The position numbers and the translations under genes are program-made. Under the pieces are notes generated by a model. The model saw nothing but the letters and a program-made list of their open reading frames with translations, was not told where the DNA came from and ran no database searches. Positions 7,773 through 10,413 of a DNA stretch of 10,413 bases are shown one piece after another (positions within the stretch are counted from its first letter, which is position 1; every line of letters begins with the position of its first letter). This stretch comes from an uncultured Myxococcales bacterium (GTDB lineage: Bacteria; Myxococcota; UBA4151): the NCBI GenBank assembly GCA_964013405.1, contig CAXGWI010000129.1, forward strand, positions 1 through 10,413, given 5' to 3'.

Positions 7773-7921
7773 GTGTTGGGTCTCCAGAGGCTAGCCGGGC
7801 GGTTCGGGCTGGGGTCCGCACCGGCGAAGATGACAGGCGCCCTGGGCTCATTCAACAGGATCGAGAGCATATTATTCGAGATTGGGATCCAAAGAGCCAC
7901 CGGAGCCGCGGTTCGGTGGCG

Positions 7922-7946
7922 GGAATCAAGAGGCTCAAGTTCCGTT
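7922..7946 (+). promoter_or_regulatory. Putative ECF sigma promoter GGAAT-N16-CGTT
   Basis: GGAAT at 7922-7926, a 16-nt spacer, and CGTT at 7943-7946, about 40 nt upstream of ATG 7987. A second copy lies at 9713-9738 on the minus strand. Confidence 0.55.
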
Positions 7947-7986
7947 GTTTTTGCACGAAGGGCTGCAGGACACCGGAGGCATCGAC

Positions 7987-8625
7987 ATGAGACGAGCTGG
8001 GATCATGCTCTTGCTCATCACCGGTGCTGGCGCGGCGTTGGCGTCGTGGCCGAAGGCCCCCGAGCCAGTCTATCAGCCTCGCTCTGGCGATTTGATCTTT
8101 CAACGGGAAGCGAACGTCCAGAGTGCCATGATCAAGGTGGCAACCCTCTCGCGCTACAATCACGTGGGCATCGTCTTTGTGGAGCGGGGTAAACCCTATG
8201 TTTACGAAGCCATTGGCCGAGTCGTCAAAGTCCCTCTTAAGGACTTCATCAAGCGGGGCAGTGGCGCCCATTTTATCGTCCGGCGCCTGAAGGAACCCTT
8301 GCCGAGCCAAGCCCAGGTCAAACTGCGTCGAGAAACCCGCCGCCATTTAGGTAAACGTTACGACCCAATGCTCTCCTGGGATGATTCCCGGATGTATTGT
8401 TCGGAATTGGTGTGGAAGGTCTACAAGCGAGCTCTTGGCCTAGAGATCAGTCCGAAAGTGAAGATTCGAGACTTTGCCCATGTGGCCAATGGTCCCGTGA
8501 TGTGGGCCCTGAAGAAAGCCGGCCCCACGGGCTTTGATCTGAGCAAGATCAAGTGGGATGAAAGCCTGGTGGCCCCAGGCACCTTGCTCAAGTCCAGCGC
8601 CCTCCACACGGTCTATGGGAACTAG
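7987..8625 (+). CDS. YiiX/YebB-like permuted papain-like (NlpC/P60) amidase/peptidase with signal peptide, 212 aa
   Basis: Start reassigned to ATG 7987, with GGAGG at 7975-7979. Motifs GDLIFQ, SRYNHVGIV (catalytic His), YVYEA, GKRYD and RMYCSELVWKVY, so the catalytic Cys follows the His (permuted order). Confidence 0.92.
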   Translation: MRRAGIMLLLITGAGAALASWPKAPEPVYQPRSGDLIFQREANVQSAMIKVATLSRYNHVGIVFVERGKPYVYEAIGRVVKVPLKDFIKRGSGAHFIVRRLKEPLPSQAQVKLRRETRRHLGKRYDPMLSWDDSRMYCSELVWKVYKRALGLEISPKVKIRDFAHVANGPVMWALKKAGPTGFDLSKIKWDESLVAPGTLLKSSALHTVYGN

Positions 8626-8666
8626 GCGGCTGGTCCCTAGGGCTGCGCTGGGGCTCGTCGGTGGGC

Positions 8667-8695
8667 TTGCCCCATCGAGATCGAGTCTTTAGGCT
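8667..8695 (+). promoter_or_regulatory. Putative housekeeping sigma70-type promoter TTGCCC-N17-TAGGCT
   Basis: -35-like box at 8667-8672, exact 17-nt spacer, TANNNT box at 8690-8695, then GGAGG at 8707-8711 and ATG 8720. Confidence 0.5.
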
Positions 8696-8719
8696 GCCCC
8701 ACGACCGGAGGAATCCGCC

Positions 8720-9013
8720 ATGGCATCTTGGCAAAGAACAGTCGCCCTCTTCTGCTTTATCGGCCTCGGTTTGGGGGCTTGTACCAAGTCGCCTGTCGAC
8801 AAGCTCGAGAGTTGGTCCAACGAAGTCTGTGCCTGCGAGAACGCAGAGTGCGTCAAAACCGTCAGCGACAAATACGGCGGCTTAGCCGAGAATCCCCCCA
8901 AGGACCTCAGCGACGCGGACCAAAAGCGCGTGCTTGCGGCGGTCCAGAAAGGCCTCGGCTGCTCCATGAAGGCAGCCGCAAAGGACTTAAAGGATCGCTT
9001 AGGAGGCAAGTAG
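8720..9013 (+). CDS. Small Cys-rich helical lipoprotein of unknown function, 97 aa
   Basis: GGAGG RBS at 8707-8711. Lipobox LGAC at Cys21. The mature part has C37-x-C39-x4-C44 and C81. Confidence 0.82.
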   Translation: MASWQRTVALFCFIGLGLGACTKSPVDKLESWSNEVCACENAECVKTVSDKYGGLAENPPKDLSDADQKRVLAAVQKGLGCSMKAAAKDLKDRLGGK

Positions 9014-9031
9014 TAACCCCCTGTTACTACT
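9009..9031. terminator. 9-bp perfect inverted repeat between convergent genes, possible terminator or stability hairpin
   Basis: AGTAGTAAC (9009-9017), loop CCCCT, GTTACTACT (9023-9031). It overlaps the lipoprotein stop codon and has no U-tract. Confidence 0.4.
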
Positions 9032-9069
9032 GTCAACTAGCCAAGCGGAGTCAGGGCGGAGGAGTCAAC

Positions 9070-9702
9070 TCAGGGTCGAGCCGACCGAGTCCTTTCGCCA
9101 TGTCCCTTGGTCTTGTGATGACCTCGCTTCGAAGTGACCGCTCGACGGGGGCGGGGCTTATTCACCGAATCCACAATGCGCTGGGCATGGGCACACACAA
9201 AGGGCTCAGGGTCTAGGAAGTCAGCGTCATCATGCCCATGGTTCCGATAGATCTCTAAATGCAGATGGGGCCCCTTGGAGCGCCCCGTACTGCCGACCTC
9301 ACCAATCACCTGCCCCGCTTGCACCCGAGCGCCCCGCTTCACCAGCAGCTTGGAGAGGTGAGCGAACTTGAACTTCAAGCCACCGGGACTGCGCATCATG
9401 ACCGCCAGTCCCCCGCCAGTTTTCGAGCGCCGTGCGAAGTAAACATAGCCATCCTGTATCGCCCGGACCGGGGTCCCCTCATCGGCGGCGATGTCGATGC
9501 CATAGTGAAAAGTCAGGCGACTCCGATCCCAGGGGTAGTCACGCAGCCCATAGTGGGAGCTGATGTGGCCGTCGTTGATGGCGATGGGTCGATCGCACTG
9601 GGCCGAGGCGAGGATCTGCTGGGGCTGCATCTCCACCACCGGCGCCACCGGGCGAGGGCTAAGGAGCAGGGGCAGAAGGGCCAGTGGGACAAGTGGGTTC
9701 AC
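9070..9702 (-). CDS. M23 family metallopeptidase, exported, zinc ligands intact, basic C-terminal tail
   Basis: Motifs ISSHYGLR, FHYGIDI (HxxxD), FAHL, VKRGARVQAGQVIGEVGSTGRSKGPHLHLEI (HxH) and LDP. Hydrophobic N-terminus. GTG start with no obvious Shine-Dalgarno. Confidence 0.93.
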   Translation of the reverse strand: MNPLVPLALLPLLLSPRPVAPVVEMQPQQILASAQCDRPIAINDGHISSHYGLRDYPWDRSRLTFHYGIDIAADEGTPVRAIQDGYVYFARRSKTGGGLAVMMRSPGGLKFKFAHLSKLLVKRGARVQAGQVIGEVGSTGRSKGPHLHLEIYRNHGHDDADFLDPEPFVCAHAQRIVDSVNKPRPRRAVTSKRGHHKTKGHGERTRSARP

Positions 9703-9712
9703 GGGCTACTGT

Positions 9713-9738
9713 AACGGAAAGGCTGTAGCGCTTATTCC
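9713..9738 (-). promoter_or_regulatory. Putative ECF sigma promoter GGAAT-N17-CGTT
   Basis: The minus strand reads GGAAT (9738-9734), a 17-nt spacer, then CGTT (9716-9713), ending 10 nt before GTG 9702. Confidence 0.55.
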
Positions 9739-9793
9739 GCCCTTAAGCTGATCTTGCGAGATCCTTTGAAAGGCCCCGAGGCCTGAACCCAGA

Positions 9794-10345
9794 CTATCGA
9801 GCAGGCCTTGAACGGACAGGGCCACAGGGCTCGTTGATGAAAAAATGAACCCGGTCGGGGCGCGAGAAATAGCCCCCCCACTTCAGACCGTGCCGCTTCG
9901 CCACCGCCACCACCCCCGTCTCGAGCCAGCGCTTGGTGCTGCTCTTCTTCACCCGCCAGAGGCTGCGATTCATCAAGGAGCGCCAGCTCAACTGAAACAG
10001 GTTGATGTCGATGGCGAGTCCATGACTGTGTCGGCTGCAGCCTTTGGTGGCATCGGGATTCGTCTTCGCCTCTTCTTTTTGCTGCGCTGGACTGCGATAA
10101 CCGGAGGTCACCAGAACTCGCCAGGCGGTCTCAGCCTCGACCCCATCGATGAAGGCTTCAAACCGAGCCTGATTGGCCGGCAAAGCCTCCAGCCGACTGG
10201 CGTTGTTACTCGCCACCCCCTGCAAAAAGATGAGCAAGCCACCGCCCAAGAGCAAAAGGGGCAACATCACCAAGGCAGCGAGCCCCCAAAGCACGAAGCG
10301 CCGCCTGGATCGGGGCGCTTCGGGCGCTGGGGTCGTGACGGTCAT
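9794..10345 (-). CDS. M15 family Zn peptidase (L-Ala-D-Glu endopeptidase/D,D-peptidase-like), membrane anchored
   Basis: Motifs VTSGYRSPAQQ, SRHSHGLAIDI (SxHxxGxAxD) and GLKWGGYF..DRVHF. N-terminal RRRF is followed by a long hydrophobic helix. Confidence 0.9.
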   Translation of the reverse strand: MTVTTPAPEAPRSRRRFVLWGLAALVMLPLLLLGGGLLIFLQGVASNNASRLEALPANQARFEAFIDGVEAETAWRVLVTSGYRSPAQQKEEAKTNPDATKGCSRHSHGLAIDINLFQLSWRSLMNRSLWRVKKSSTKRWLETGVVAVAKRHGLKWGGYFSRPDRVHFFINEPCGPVRSRPAR

Positions 10346-10359
10346 TTAACGGGCTTAAG

Positions 10360-10413
10360 ATGCAGGTGCACGTGCTCGTCGTGGATGACCCAAACACAGT
10401 CTTTCGAAAACGG
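10360..10413 (+). CDS. Probable 5' fragment of a gene running off the window (MQVHVLVVDDPNTVFRKR)
   Basis: 18 open codons from ATG 10360. HVLVVDD resembles the first beta-strand of receiver or other Rossmann-like domains. Too short to assign. Confidence 0.4.
   Translation, partial: MQVHVLVVDDPNTVFRKR

Noticed and set aside
7882..7986. N-terminal extension of ORF 7882..8625 from a TTG start
   Set aside because: ATG 7987 has GGAGG and begins a signal peptide. The extension covers the putative promoter.
9032..9076. Short direct repeats (GTCAACT x2, GGAGTCA x2, TCAGGG x2)
   Set aside because: Only 6-7 nt, irregularly spaced and not flanking any element, so compatible with chance.
7650..9714. 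Alternative ORFs 7650..8192, 7852..8346, 8689..9036, 8728..9216 and 9259..9714
   Set aside because: They overlap better-supported genes in other frames and have no motifs or RBS support.
9070..10345. Prophage lysis cassette or vancomycin-resistance (vanY/vanX) locus
   Set aside because: No holin, spanin, phage structural, integrase or van ligase genes are visible. The enzymes carry their own export or anchor signals.

Overview
High-GC bacterial DNA, probably Myxococcota/deltaproteobacterial-like; this is inferred from the Ser/Thr kinase-TM-WD40 architecture and a CxC-x4-C lipoprotein. The window has two blocks. Left block (+ strand, 1-5379): a PrsW-family intramembrane protease, a 65-aa HEAT-repeat stub, and a 1344-aa protein built as [N-terminal helical domain with an RNxxAH HEPN-like motif]-[Hanks Ser/Thr kinase]-[TM helix]-[~15 WD40 repeats]. 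The TM+WD40 part of that gene is much lower in GC than its flanks. Right block (5445-10345): a dense cluster of exported predicted cell-wall enzymes, namely three M23/LytM proteins (one lacking its zinc-binding histidines), a NAGPA-type phosphodiester glycosidase, a YiiX-type permuted NlpC/P60 enzyme and an M15 peptidase, plus a small Cys-rich lipoprotein. Two genes in the cluster share a GGAAT-N16/17-CGTT ECF-sigma-like promoter motif. The most striking candidate is the HEPN-like/kinase/TM/WD40 fusion, a possible membrane-spanning sensor-kinase-RNase analogous in logic to IRE1/RNase L. No RNA genes, CRISPR arrays or mobile elements were recognised. All family calls come from motif reading by eye, not from database searches.
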